Positions 27,660 through 36,854 of a DNA stretch of 64,000 bases are shown here, piece after piece. Source of the stretch: a virus. Made by a program: the position numbers and the translations under genes. Each line of letters opens with the position of its first letter. Position 1 is the stretch's first letter. The DNA lies in the IMG/VR virus record IMGVR_UViG_3300048910_000141. One strand, written 5' to 3'. A model generated the notes under the pieces. The model worked only from the letters and a program-made list of their open reading frames with translations. It made no database searches and was not told the DNA's origin.

Positions 27660-29870
27660 TCAATGCGTTTGAGCCCAGTTGTAGCCCCAATCAGCAGATG
27701 CCTCGACGGGGAGCAGAAAGTTTAGGTACTTGCCGCACTCGATCGCTGCCCGCGTACAGATTTCCATGATCTCCTCGTGGAGACCTTCACGGCACGCGAT
27801 CTGAATCTCGTCGTGCACCCAAGCGCAGAAGACGAAATCGCCATCCCAGCCATAGGTCAGGCCCGCGTCGGCGAGCATGTCTTCGACGAAGATCAACCAC
27901 CAGTTAGCGATCGTCGCACCCATGCCCTGCAAGTCGGTGTTCAGCGCCGCGTGCTTCGAGCGGACGAACAGTTTGCGCCCGTCGAGCCCGGTCAGGTACT
28001 TGCGGTTCGCCTGACGCTGAATCTCGCGAATGACCTTCGAGAGCGCCGGCAGGTTGCGGAGGAAGCGGGCCTTGAGTTCCTTACCGATCTTCGCCTGAAT
28101 GTGCGGCGGCGATAGCGGGCTCACGATCTTGCCGATCTTCTCGTCGCCCGCCCCGTAGAGGAAGGCGTAGATGAAGGTTTTGGCCGTATCGCGAGTCTCA
28201 AGCTCGGCGAGGCGCTGGTTTTCCGAGTGGATATCGCCTTCGAGAAGCACGCGGCCGTAAGCGCCGCCGTCGTACTTCGCCATTTCGTGAGCGAGGCAGC
28301 GAAGCTCGATGCCGGCCAAGTCGGAGCCGACAAGGACCCAACCCTCCGGCACACCGAAGAGCGAGCGGCACTCGTAGCCCCAACCACCCTTGAGCCCGAG
28401 GATGACGACCATGACGGTCGTGTCTTCCCCATTGTCGTCGGTGTGGCTCAGTTCCTGCCACGGAATCTTCTCACCGCGCTTACCAACCACGAGGACGGGA
28501 CCGCCCTTCCACATGGCGTTGGCGCCGACGATGCCCTGCTTACCGGTCCAGCGCTGGAGGTCCTTGACCTTCGCCTTCTTCTTACGAACGGCCGGGACCT
28601 GCGCGAGGTTCGGAAAGGCATGGGTCGCGCGCGTGGTGACCGCGCCGCAAGGATTGACGTAGGCATGAATGAACGAGTTTTCGTCCACCAGCTTGAGCCA
28701 TGCTTGTTTACCGTCCGCAAGCTGGCCCATCAGCTTGTTGACCGCCATCAGGTCCGCGAGTGGTTCAGCGACCGGGAATCGCTCGACGATACGACGCAGG
28801 ATCACGTCGTTCGCTTTGACGTTCCCCTTCTCCGTATAGTCTTCGTCCTCCGGCTCCCATCCCATCTCTTGGAGACGGTCCGTGATCTGCGGACGCGAAC
28901 GCGGATTGAACTCCTGCCACTGGATCGGGGTGTACCAAGCACCCTCTTCCCATTGCGGCTTGAGCGCGTCCTTGTACTTCGGCGAAGCATTCTTGCGGCG
29001 CTCGGGCTGACCGTACCAGCGTCGTTCCATGTCGGGGTCCATCCCGAACTCGGGATATTCGCCACCGGTGACACAGCGGCCGACCGGCTGCGTGTCCATG
29101 CGCTTCTTCGGAATGTATCGACCGGGGAACTCGACATCGAGCCGCTCTTCGAGACCGGTCTTGGCCTCGGTAAGATCGTCGGCCAGAACCTGACCACGCT
29201 CGCGGTCGAACATGAAGCCGTTGTCTTGCTGACGGGCCATCAGGTCCGCGAGCCGGTGCTGGACGTAGACGGCTTGTGGCGCGCCCTCACGCTGGTCGAT
29301 CATCCGGACCAGCAGCGAGGTCACCTCAACGTCGTTGACGCAGTATTCCTCAAGCTCCTCGGTCCACGTCCCCCAGACCCAGAGACGCATCTCGATCGAG
29401 TCCTTCGCGTAGCCACGCGCCAGACCGATCTCTTCCTTGATCTTCTTGTAGTCGCCCTTGTACATGCCGAGGCGCTGGCCCCAGCTATCGAGCGTGTGCT
29501 TGCCGATGTTGATGCCATCGAGCTTACCGGCCTCATGGAGGCGGAAGTCCTTATCCTTCTGATCCGGGAAGAGCAGGCGGGCGAGGACGAGGGTGTCGCG
29601 GATGCGGGCCTTCGGCGTCCAGTCGAACAACAGTTCGAGCATGGGAATATCGTAGGCCACGATGTTGTGGCCCCAGATTTCCTCGGCGTCGTCCAGCAGC
29701 GCGAACAGCTTGGGGATCGTGTTCTCGCGCTTGTTGCGCCGGAACACCCACCGCTGACCGGTATCGTAATCGCGGACGCAGACGCAGTGACAGACCGTGA
29801 CCTGATGAAGCAGGCCATCGGTCTCGGCGTCGAACACCAAGCGGTGATATTTTGGGGGACGGAGCTTCAA
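27660..29870 (-). CDS. polA: family A DNA polymerase with 3'-5' exonuclease domain
   Basis: Exo motifs VFDAETDGL / GHNIVAYD; pol motif A GSDLAGIELR, motif B RDTAKTFIYAFLYG, motif C WVHDEIQI; TTG start. Confidence 0.9.
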   Translation of the reverse strand: MKLRPPKYHRLVFDAETDGLLHQVTVCHCVCVRDYDTGQRWVFRRNKRENTIPKLFALLDDAEEIWGHNIVAYDIPMLELLFDWTPKARIRDTLVLARLLFPDQKDKDFRLHEAGKLDGINIGKHTLDSWGQRLGMYKGDYKKIKEEIGLARGYAKDSIEMRLWVWGTWTEELEEYCVNDVEVTSLLVRMIDQREGAPQAVYVQHRLADLMARQQDNGFMFDRERGQVLADDLTEAKTGLEERLDVEFPGRYIPKKRMDTQPVGRCVTGGEYPEFGMDPDMERRWYGQPERRKNASPKYKDALKPQWEEGAWYTPIQWQEFNPRSRPQITDRLQEMGWEPEDEDYTEKGNVKANDVILRRIVERFPVAEPLADLMAVNKLMGQLADGKQAWLKLVDENSFIHAYVNPCGAVTTRATHAFPNLAQVPAVRKKKAKVKDLQRWTGKQGIVGANAMWKGGPVLVVGKRGEKIPWQELSHTDDNGEDTTVMVVILGLKGGWGYECRSLFGVPEGWVLVGSDLAGIELRCLAHEMAKYDGGAYGRVLLEGDIHSENQRLAELETRDTAKTFIYAFLYGAGDEKIGKIVSPLSPPHIQAKIGKELKARFLRNLPALSKVIREIQRQANRKYLTGLDGRKLFVRSKHAALNTDLQGMGATIANWWLIFVEDMLADAGLTYGWDGDFVFCAWVHDEIQIACREGLHEEIMEICTRAAIECGKYLNFLLPVEASADWGYNWAQTH

Positions 29871-29896
29871 GGGAGCCTCAACTAGAGGAAGGATCG

Positions 29897-29938
29897 TGTT
29901 AAGGGAAACTAACCCTATAAGTCAAGTGAAACTAACAC
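29897..29938 (-). promoter_or_regulatory. promoter cassette upstream of polA (two GTTAGTTT boxes)
   Basis: Minus: GTGTTAGTTTCAC-TTGACT-tatagGGTTAGTTTccc-TTAACA. Confidence 0.6.
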
Positions 29939-30027
29939 TCGCGATGTCCGGATAATGTCCGGCAATGGCCATGCGAAGCGGCAGAAATGGCGGATTTCGG
30001 TGGTTACACGCTCACGGCGATGTCCGG

Positions 30028-30330
30028 CTAATGTCCGGCAACGGCCGTATCGCGCCAATCGAACCCATTCGCCTTGCGGTAGATTGGTTCGCAGTGACAG
30101 GGTTCGGGGACGCAGTGGCAAAGCAGATCGCAGCCTGCGAGCGCCGACACGTCGAGATCGGGGAGGACATGTTTCTCGAACTTGGCGATCACCATCGCCC
30201 GACTGCCATGGACACCGCCGCGATAGGGGTTGCCGTATGGCGACGACCGTCCGCAATACACCGCACCCCGAGGGATCGGGATGCGGTGCTGGTGCTTGAT
30301 GTTGTAGATGCCCGGCCGCTTAGTCGTCAT
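30028..30330 (-). CDS. DUF4326 family protein
   Basis: VYCGRSSPYGNPY...LLCHCVPEPCHCE. Confidence 0.6.
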   Translation of the reverse strand: MTTKRPGIYNIKHQHRIPIPRGAVYCGRSSPYGNPYRGGVHGSRAMVIAKFEKHVLPDLDVSALAGCDLLCHCVPEPCHCEPIYRKANGFDWRDTAVAGH

Positions 30331-30550
30331 GAGCGCTTGCGCCACACTCACCACAGACCACGATCGATTCGCATGTGCAGACTGACGTAAACACGGGCTC
30401 GCCCGTCTCCTCGGCGATCTCAACCTCGTCCCAGCACTGGCAAGGATATTGGTAGTCCACCATGCGTCCGCGACACGACCCCCGCCAACAGGTCTCGCCT
30501 GCGTACATCCCGTACTCTTTGGGATAGTCGTAGCTAGTCACGGGAGGCAT
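30320..30550 (-). CDS. hypothetical Cys-rich protein
   Basis: Nine Cys in 76 aa. Confidence 0.5.
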   Translation of the reverse strand: MPPVTSYDYPKEYGMYAGETCWRGSCRGRMVDYQYPCQCWDEVEIAEETGEPVFTSVCTCESIVVCGECGASAHDD

Positions 30551-30834
30551 CGTGGACTGCCGCCACAGACATTGGTGAAGTGTCCGAACTCGAAGTCCTC
30601 GGGCTCGCCATACCACTCGGAGTCCTGACCACATGACCGGCACTCGAACATAAGCGTTCCGTCCTTCGCCCACAGCCCGTCCGGAAGTGGGACTTCGGTC
30701 ACGACGTAGGTGTCGCCGCCGAGGACGATGGTCTCGACCTCGCCCGGCTCGATGCGACCTTCCCGCAGCGCCACGATGAAGGGATCATTGTCGTCCTTGA
30801 TCGCGAGGCCGTAATACCAGTTGATCGGGATCAT
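30538..30834 (-). CDS. hypothetical protein
   Basis: 98-aa ORF with CRSCG...CGGSPRC. Confidence 0.55.
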   Translation of the reverse strand: MIPINWYYGLAIKDDNDPFIVALREGRIEPGEVETIVLGGDTYVVTEVPLPDGLWAKDGTLMFECRSCGQDSEWYGEPEDFEFGHFTNVCGGSPRCLP

Positions 30835-30980
30835 ACGAACGCGTCCGGATCGTCGGGCGTGTTGTCGTCGAGCCAGTCCATCACGCGCTCGAACCCAAGC
30901 ATCGCGACGAAGATGGCAGCAGCGACGTTGAGTGGCGCCATGACGGCAACCGCAATCGTGAGATTAGAAGCTGAATTCAT
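30831..30980 (-). CDS. small membrane protein
   Basis: MNSASNLTIAVAVMAPLNVAAAIFVAMLGF; ATG overlaps the end of the kinase-like gene. Confidence 0.4.
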   Translation of the reverse strand: MNSASNLTIAVAVMAPLNVAAAIFVAMLGFERVMDWLDDNTPDDPDAFV

Positions 30981-31446
30981 GCTGCTCCCCGGCAGCGGCA
31001 CGGATGCCGTCGCGGATGAAGTGATTGAAGCCATAGTCGTGACAAACGACTCGACCATCGAGCATCCCGAAGTTGCCGAAATGAACGTCGTCGAAGAAAG
31101 CAGGAAGAGGACCTGCCTTGGTGTCGATCAGGGCCGCGTGGAACTCTTCCTCGCTCCGAAATGGCAGGGTCTTCTTCTGAATGAGAGCGATACCGAGACT
31201 GTCTATTTCGATACAAGGAGCGAACCACTTGGCGAGGGGTGTCAATTCGACTTCCTGCCACACTCGCATCTCGGCTACGTTGCAGAACTCCTTGCCGTAG
31301 TACTCGACCTTGACGACGCAGGTTTCATCCTGCGTCAGTGCGTAGACCCGGCGGTAGGCGCCACTACCAATCTGCTTGTCCACGAAGAGTTCGAGGACAC
31401 AGTTCTTGGCAGTGACTCCTTCGTCGTAAATTCGATCGGAAGACAT
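30964..31446 (-). CDS. minimal protein-kinase-like protein (160 aa)
   Basis: Gly-loop IGSGAYRRVY, VVKV lysine, catalytic-loop-like DDVHFGN, DFG-like HDYG. Confidence 0.5.
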   Translation of the reverse strand: MSSDRIYDEGVTAKNCVLELFVDKQIGSGAYRRVYALTQDETCVVKVEYYGKEFCNVAEMRVWQEVELTPLAKWFAPCIEIDSLGIALIQKKTLPFRSEEEFHAALIDTKAGPLPAFFDDVHFGNFGMLDGRVVCHDYGFNHFIRDGIRAAAGEQHEFSF

Positions 31447-33077
31447 CAGGCGTACCAGCGACCACGGTTCATCGTTATGATGGTCCGCTTGCCATTCTGG
31501 TACGTGATGATGTGGCTATGCGCCCACGACGACAGGCCCTTGTTGTAGCCCATGTCGAGCTTGCCCGAGACGCCCGCCACATAGGCCCCGTCCCGGATCG
31601 CCGGGCTGTGGGTGTGACCGGTATTCGACTTCTGGCCGGCGCGGGCAAAGGTCAGCGGCGAGCCCTTGGTACCATTGGCACCGAGGTGGCCGTGCATCCC
31701 GCACTCGATCGAGCCGCAAATGACGAAGCCTTGATCCTCGGAGATGAACACCGTGTCGTCGGGGATGCCCTTGTCGCGAAGGACCTTCTCCAGCACCGGC
31801 GGGCTGCTGTTGCCGGAAGCAAGCTGGCGATAGACCCACGATTGGCTTTCGAGGAAGAAGATCGCGTTCGCCGGATCGGTGCGGTAATCACCCTCCTTGA
31901 GCCAGCGGAGCAGAGCTTGATCGTGATTGGATTCCACCACGATGTCCTGCGTGTCGTCGCGGTGGACGGCGCGAAGAAATGACGCCGAGCCAGCGACCTC
32001 GTCTTCGACGCGATCGTAGCCCTTGTTGTGCATCATGAAGCGGAAGTACGGGTCCTTGATGCTGTGGTGGTTGCGGCGCTGCTGGTCGAACAGGTCGTGG
32101 TAGAATGCGAAGTTCGGCCGCAGGAAGTCGCATAGAGGCGTGTAATTCGGGTCCACGACGCGCGTCTTCGTCAGCGTATCGTAACCCCACGTCGTGTCCG
32201 CCACCACCGGGTCCAACTTGTCTTCATGGATGTCGCCGTAGGTGATAGCTTCGACATGGACACCTTCATCGACGCCGTCGCGCGTGACGTGGCAGTCCAA
32301 GTCGTAGAAGGACCCGTCGTCGAGTGATGTCGCCAACAGATGCCGGCAGAAGGTCGAACCGTCCGGGGCAAGTTCGACCAGCACCGCGCCGATGACGTGG
32401 TGGAACATGCCCTTGATGCCGGCCTTTTTGCGGATATAGTTCGGCAACGTGACGCAGCCCGTCGTCATGATCTGCTTGGCGCGGTCGCCCTTCATCGTCG
32501 GGACCGATTCCAACTGCACCTTCGGGTGTGGGAACACGCCCCACCGCTTACCGGTGTAGGTCGAGAATCCAGACAGCGGAGTGACTGCCGTGGGGAGGGT
32601 GTTCATCTCGCCGCAAAACTCGACTTCGTCGCCGATGCGAATGCGATCGTGGATGATGTACTCGTCGATCAGCGGGTGGAAACCGACCTTGGGCGAGCGC
32701 GTGTCATGATCCTCGAACAGCGTCTTGCTGTACGTGAATCCGCCGATCATGATCTCGCAGTTCTCCAGCCACTCGGCGTAGACCTTGAGACAGGTGAGGA
32801 AATCTTCATGGACCTTCGAGGAGTCCTGCGCGGCCGTGAAGATGAAGTAGCGCGGCAGGCCGTCGATCGGCTCGAACACCTGCGGGCGCGGCGGCCGGTT
32901 CGCGGTGAAGACGAACGTCTCCTGTTCCGCGTCCTGATCGAGCTTCTTGAGCAGGCGTTCGGCGTCGCGCTTGAGGCGCATACGGATCGTGGACTCCGCG
33001 ATGCCAAGTTCACGGGCAGCAGGACGAATCCCGCCGTGTTCGGCCACGGTCGACTGGAGTTGCAGAATGGAGAGCAT
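31446..33077 (-). CDS. HTH domain fused to a calcineurin-like metallophosphoesterase
   Basis: N-terminal AARELGIAESTIRMRLKR; phosphoesterase motifs GDIHED, ESNHDQ, GMHGH, GHTHSP in canonical order. Confidence 0.6.
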   Translation of the reverse strand: MLSILQLQSTVAEHGGIRPAARELGIAESTIRMRLKRDAERLLKKLDQDAEQETFVFTANRPPRPQVFEPIDGLPRYFIFTAAQDSSKVHEDFLTCLKVYAEWLENCEIMIGGFTYSKTLFEDHDTRSPKVGFHPLIDEYIIHDRIRIGDEVEFCGEMNTLPTAVTPLSGFSTYTGKRWGVFPHPKVQLESVPTMKGDRAKQIMTTGCVTLPNYIRKKAGIKGMFHHVIGAVLVELAPDGSTFCRHLLATSLDDGSFYDLDCHVTRDGVDEGVHVEAITYGDIHEDKLDPVVADTTWGYDTLTKTRVVDPNYTPLCDFLRPNFAFYHDLFDQQRRNHHSIKDPYFRFMMHNKGYDRVEDEVAGSASFLRAVHRDDTQDIVVESNHDQALLRWLKEGDYRTDPANAIFFLESQSWVYRQLASGNSSPPVLEKVLRDKGIPDDTVFISEDQGFVICGSIECGMHGHLGANGTKGSPLTFARAGQKSNTGHTHSPAIRDGAYVAGVSGKLDMGYNKGLSSWAHSHIITYQNGKRTIITMNRGRWYA

Positions 33078-33083
33078 GAAACC

Positions 33084-33911
33084 TCAGTGCTTGGTGGTGG
33101 CGGGGCTGGGCGCGAAGTCGGGGTGCGAGTAGGCGATGCCGCCAGAGCCGGCCTTGTGGCGCCAATCCCAGATGAACCACGCGTAGTTGTGGCGTGGAGA
33201 ACCGGTGGACCCGGCGATCCAACGCGGGCGCTTCGTCACCACGATCTTCTTGTGAAACGGAGGTAGACCGAACAGGTCCATACGGTTCTTACCGCAGTCG
33301 AACTCGTTGCGGAGAAACATCGCGACCTGTCCGCGTACCGGTTGCATGAGCTTGATCGCGTGACGGGCGAACTTCTCGGCCAGTCCGTCCGCGTATGGCG
33401 GGTTGGTGATGATCGAGCGGACGTTCGGATTGGGAAGACCGGCCTGCATGAGGAAGTCCATCCCCGGCGTGCCGTAGCCTTGATCGTGGAGGTCGCTGCT
33501 CCACGTCTCGAAGCCGTAGTCCATCAGGCGGAGCGAGATGTCTCCCTTACCGCAGGCCGGCTCCCAGATCAGGTTGGGTGCGCCATGCGGCGCAAAATGC
33601 TCCAGCAAGCAGTCCACGTTCTCGGGTGGAGTCGGATAGAAGTCCGCCTCGATCCGTTCGTAGCCGCTGTCGCCTAGCATGGCGGCGTCACGGTTCGCGG
33701 CGACCTTGCGACGAAGAATGTCACGCTCAAGCTCGGTGAGCGGGAACGACTGTCCGTTAGGAATCTCGACACCAGCGTCGGCGAAGAGTTGCTGATCCGG
33801 CGTCAAGTCGTCGACATTGAGGCCCATGGCGGGCAGCGGCGATCGGTTCTCGTAGGCATACGAGCCGGGTTCGACCTCCTTCCACGGAAGGTCGGAAAGC
33901 AAATCGTTCAT
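33084..33911 (-). CDS. N6-adenine DNA methyltransferase (no adjacent restriction gene)
   Basis: Motif I EPACGKG, motif IV TNPPYA. Confidence 0.75.
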   Translation of the reverse strand: MNDLLSDLPWKEVEPGSYAYENRSPLPAMGLNVDDLTPDQQLFADAGVEIPNGQSFPLTELERDILRRKVAANRDAAMLGDSGYERIEADFYPTPPENVDCLLEHFAPHGAPNLIWEPACGKGDISLRLMDYGFETWSSDLHDQGYGTPGMDFLMQAGLPNPNVRSIITNPPYADGLAEKFARHAIKLMQPVRGQVAMFLRNEFDCGKNRMDLFGLPPFHKKIVVTKRPRWIAGSTGSPRHNYAWFIWDWRHKAGSGGIAYSHPDFAPSPATTKH

Positions 33912-33912
33912 G

Positions 33913-34437
33913 TCAGTCCTGACGGGGAATTACGACCATCTCGACGCCGGCTTCCGCGAAGATCGCGGCAGTCTTGGCGAGAGAAGAGGCCCAGCGGTCG
34001 GCGGCCTCGACTGGCACCGCTCGCGTCACCACGCGTTTGATGCCGGCCTGCACGACGAACACGGCGCAGCGGTCGCAAGGAGGGAAGGTGTTGTAGAGTG
34101 TGAAGCCATCCACAGGCCCGTGGGCATTGAGGATGGCGTTCATCTCAGCGTGGACGACGCGGCTGTACTTGGTCTCCCGGTCCTCATAGAGTTCCGGCGC
34201 GTCAGACAACCCGCGAGGGAAGCCGTTGTAGCCGACCGAGGCAACGGTGTTCGTTGGTCGGACGATGACCGAGCCCACCTTCGTGGACGGGTCCTTCGAC
34301 GCGGTGGCGACGTACTCGGCCATGCCGAGGTAGAAGCAGTCCCACTTCGCGCGTCGCTGAGCGTCCGCGAAAATCCGCTGTCGACCGGGGGAGAGATCGT
34401 CCAGCCGGTCGACTACCTCATCAGCGATCGTGCCCAT
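33913..34437 (-). CDS. dCMP deaminase
   Basis: Zinc motifs VHAEMNA and PCDRCA. Confidence 0.85.
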   Translation of the reverse strand: MGTIADEVVDRLDDLSPGRQRIFADAQRRAKWDCFYLGMAEYVATASKDPSTKVGSVIVRPTNTVASVGYNGFPRGLSDAPELYEDRETKYSRVVHAEMNAILNAHGPVDGFTLYNTFPPCDRCAVFVVQAGIKRVVTRAVPVEAADRWASSLAKTAAIFAEAGVEMVVIPRQD

Positions 34438-35147
34438 CAGGCAGCCGCTCGAAGAACGTCACTGGCCGTGATCTCCTCCCACTTCGCAAGGAAGCGGGTC
34501 ATGGCCGTCTTGCGATCCCAGACGTGGAAGTCGGGAACCACGTCGTCGATCGTGAAGCCGGGATGATCGTCTTCGTTGATGTAGGGGACGACCGGTGGAC
34601 CGGCCATCTTGTCGCGCTCCAAGAAGATCATCCAGTTGTCGACGATCTTGGTGAGCTTGGTGATCTCCGGCGTGACGATGACGCCGAACTCGGCCACCAA
34701 TCGATCCATCAACGCGGCTTCGTAGATGTAATAGTCGCCGTTACCGAGCGCTCCCTTGATGGGACGCGGGAAGTCCTTGAGATAGGCTTCCGACCAGTCA
34801 TGGGCGAACGCGTAACCGATCGGCGACGGGTGGTTGTCCCAGTCAACCTCGGGCATGATCACCCGACGCTTGGCGTACGCGATGTCGGCTGTATGCACGA
34901 GATGCTGGGCGACCGAATAATCGAGCGGGAAGCCGTCCTCATCGACGAGGATACCGCCCCAGCGACGCTCACCGGCCAGCACCATGCCGATGAACTCCAT
35001 GTCGAAGTCGTTGCCGGGGTGGTTTGCTTCGAGCGGCCAGAAGTAGCGGCCGTGGGTGATCTGGCAGGCGTTGCTCAGATCGGAGACAAGCGCGATCGAG
35101 CGGTTGCGGGCGACGGCTGTCGCCCACTGTGCGGGAGTTCGGAGCAT
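34437..35147 (-). CDS. HD-domain phosphohydrolase-like protein
   Basis: YSVAQHLVH ... FAHDWSEAYLKDFPRPIK resembles the H..HD..E/D pattern of YfbR-type HD enzymes. Confidence 0.4.
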   Translation of the reverse strand: MLRTPAQWATAVARNRSIALVSDLSNACQITHGRYFWPLEANHPGNDFDMEFIGMVLAGERRWGGILVDEDGFPLDYSVAQHLVHTADIAYAKRRVIMPEVDWDNHPSPIGYAFAHDWSEAYLKDFPRPIKGALGNGDYYIYEAALMDRLVAEFGVIVTPEITKLTKIVDNWMIFLERDKMAGPPVVPYINEDDHPGFTIDDVVPDFHVWDRKTAMTRFLAKWEEITASDVLRAAA

Positions 35148-35172
35148 TTAGGATGTCCTTTCGGGAGGTCAG

Positions 35173-35214
35173 GCGTTAGCCAAACTAACTCTCAAAGTCA
35201 AGTGAAACTAACAC
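35173..35214 (-). promoter_or_regulatory. promoter cassette (two GTTAGTTT boxes)
   Basis: Minus: GTGTTAGTTTCAC-TTGACT-ttgagaGTTAGTTTggc-TAACGC. Confidence 0.6.
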
Positions 35215-35505
35215 TCACGCAGCCGCGAGCGTCCAGTCGATCTCGTCGTCATACGCCTTGGCGATGTACCAGAAGACGCAGAGCGTCCACGCGGCGTTCG
35301 AGAGCAACATCGAGCCGGCGCCGGCCACCGACCACATGTCGAGGCGTTGCCAGAAATAGACCATCTCGACCGCGTTCGTCGTCATGAAGACGAAGGTCGG
35401 AATCAGGCTCACGCCCTTCACCGCCTTGTCCTTGACGATCTGGTGGACGTGTAGCCAGCAGACGATCGAGCAGGCGAAGAAGCAGACCGAGAGAAGGGGG
35501 CTCAT
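35215..35505 (-). CDS. 3-TM membrane protein, PQ-loop/SemiSWEET-like
   Basis: 96 aa, three TM; HQIVKDKAVKGVSL resembles the PQ-loop motif. Confidence 0.35.
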   Translation of the reverse strand: MSPLLSVCFFACSIVCWLHVHQIVKDKAVKGVSLIPTFVFMTTNAVEMVYFWQRLDMWSVAGAGSMLLSNAAWTLCVFWYIAKAYDDEIDWTLAAA

Positions 35506-35513
35506 GGAGGTTC

Positions 35514-35777
35514 CTATGACTGGCAACTGCCGGTGTGGCCGACGCCGCGATAGCAATAGTATGTGTGGCACTTGCCGCAGGCAGCGCAGCTTTGCAGCAT
35601 TCCGACGCCGTGCGGACAGGTCCACGGAGGCAGTACGACCCGCTGTTGGCGAGCATCACAATCGGGGCGCTTGCAGCGCTCTACGATAAGTTCGGCGCCG
35701 CTGATTGACGGGTCAGCGACCCTCGTTTCGACCTGCCATTTGTGATCGCCCAACCGGCATAACCAACGACCGATCAC
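35514..35777 (-). CDS. small zinc-ribbon paralog A (LCxLGxHxW family)
   Basis: GTGA overlap start; WLCRLGDHKW then multiple Cys pairs. Confidence 0.5.
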   Translation of the reverse strand: MIGRWLCRLGDHKWQVETRVADPSISGAELIVERCKRPDCDARQQRVVLPPWTCPHGVGMLQSCAACGKCHTYYCYRGVGHTGSCQS

Positions 35778-35914
35778 AGCGGTGAACTCTCGCCGCACCG
35801 CTCGCAATAGAAGCAGTCGTGAAATTGTCCGTCCTCAAGGGAATAATAGCGCATCCGTTCCGTGGACCAGCGGTGGAAACCGAGTCGGCAGAAGAGGAGT
35901 TCGAAAATGAACAT
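35774..35914 (-). CDS. small zinc-ribbon paralog B (46 aa)
   Basis: MFIFELLFCRLGFHRW...CFYCERCG; ATGA junction CGCGTGATG. Confidence 0.5.
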   Translation of the reverse strand: MFIFELLFCRLGFHRWSTERMRYYSLEDGQFHDCFYCERCGESSPL

Positions 35915-36162
35915 CACGCGTCTTCCAAAACAGCAGCGATGACCATGTCGAGCCCGTCTTGACCCGCCGCTCGCCAAGAGGAAAAGCTGACAGGCACGAT
36001 CTCGCCGGTATCACGGTTGAGCAAAGTGACATTGGTATAGTCGTCGCCGTGAAAGGCGCCGAAGCTATAGAACGTAATCAAGTAGTGCTCGTTCGCGTCC
36101 ATCTCCCTACGCGCTTCGGCGAACATAGCGCCGTCCACCTTGATGCGATATTCGACATCCAT
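35914..36162 (-). CDS. hypothetical protein
   Basis: MDVEYRIKVDGAMF...; conserved junction at both ends. Confidence 0.5.
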   Translation of the reverse strand: MDVEYRIKVDGAMFAEARREMDANEHYLITFYSFGAFHGDDYTNVTLLNRDTGEIVPVSFSSWRAAGQDGLDMVIAAVLEDA

Positions 36163-36299
36163 CACGCGTCCTCCGGCATTTCGATCTCGCAGCGACCGCA
36201 CGCGAGATAGAGACGGATGTTGCCCGTCCGGACGTTGTACGCCTTGCGCCAGAACGGCGATCGACGATGCCAGCCTAGCCAGCAGAGCAGCTTGCCCAT
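36162..36299 (-). CDS. small zinc-ribbon paralog C (45 aa)
   Basis: MGKLLCWLGWHRR...LACGRCE. Confidence 0.5.
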   Translation of the reverse strand: MGKLLCWLGWHRRSPFWRKAYNVRTGNIRLYLACGRCEIEMPEDA

Positions 36300-36475
36300 C
36301 AGTTGATCCTCGACGCAGCAGCTTCGACATCGAGCATGGCGTCGGTCAGGCCGCGCTTTGTCAGCATGACGGACGGACGCTCGATCGGGCCGAGCAACTG
36401 GATTGCTGCCTTGAGGAAGCCTACGCCTTTCTCGACCTCGGCGCGGGCGAGCGCCATGCGGGTTGCGTCGTCCAT
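36299..36475 (-). CDS. hypothetical protein
   Basis: MDDATRMALARAEVEKGVGFLK... Confidence 0.45.
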   Translation of the reverse strand: MDDATRMALARAEVEKGVGFLKAAIQLLGPIERPSVMLTKRGLTDAMLDVEAAASRIN

Positions 36476-36723
36476 CACGCGCCGTCCGCCACTTGAAACG
36501 GCGGAACAATGACGTGCCCCAACGCGGTCACGTAGCGCCACGTCTCCCGACCCAGCTTGACTTCGTACCATGTGAAAATGAGGTTGTAAGGCGAGGCAGC
36601 AGCATGAAGCTCCGGGAACGCGTCGAGCGAAGGACAATAACAATTCCCCGGACCCTCAGCGAGCCACTTGGCTCCGTCGATCTCGTCCCACAGGTCAATG
36701 AGTTGTCTCTTGGTGATGTCCAT
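36475..36723 (-). CDS. hypothetical protein
   Basis: MDITKRQLIDLWDEIDGAKW... Confidence 0.5.
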   Translation of the reverse strand: MDITKRQLIDLWDEIDGAKWLAEGPGNCYCPSLDAFPELHAAASPYNLIFTWYEVKLGRETWRYVTALGHVIVPPFQVADGA

Positions 36724-36854
36724 CACGCGTTCTCCCGCGTCGTGCCGCACCGGTGACGACATTCCTGCTTGACGTGCCACTTACGGGTGCGGAGGTTGAA
36801 GGAGATCGACGGGACAAAGCGATGCTGACCGAGCCAGCAGAGGATGCGATGCAT
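36723..36854 (-). CDS. small zinc-ribbon paralog D (43 aa, below ORF-track cutoff)
   Basis: MHRILCWLGQHRF...ECRHRCG translated by hand; ATGA junctions at both ends. Confidence 0.45.
   Translation of the reverse strand: MHRILCWLGQHRFVPSISFNLRTRKWHVKQECRHRCGTTRENA

Noticed and set aside
27417-27663. Two mini-ORFs (32 aa with a TTG start overlapping the polA stop, and 52 aa with a GTG start) filling the gap between polA and 27232-27420.
   Set aside because: They are only noted, not annotated. The overlaps fit the coupling pattern, but the non-ATG starts, tiny size and lack of motifs leave them unsupported.
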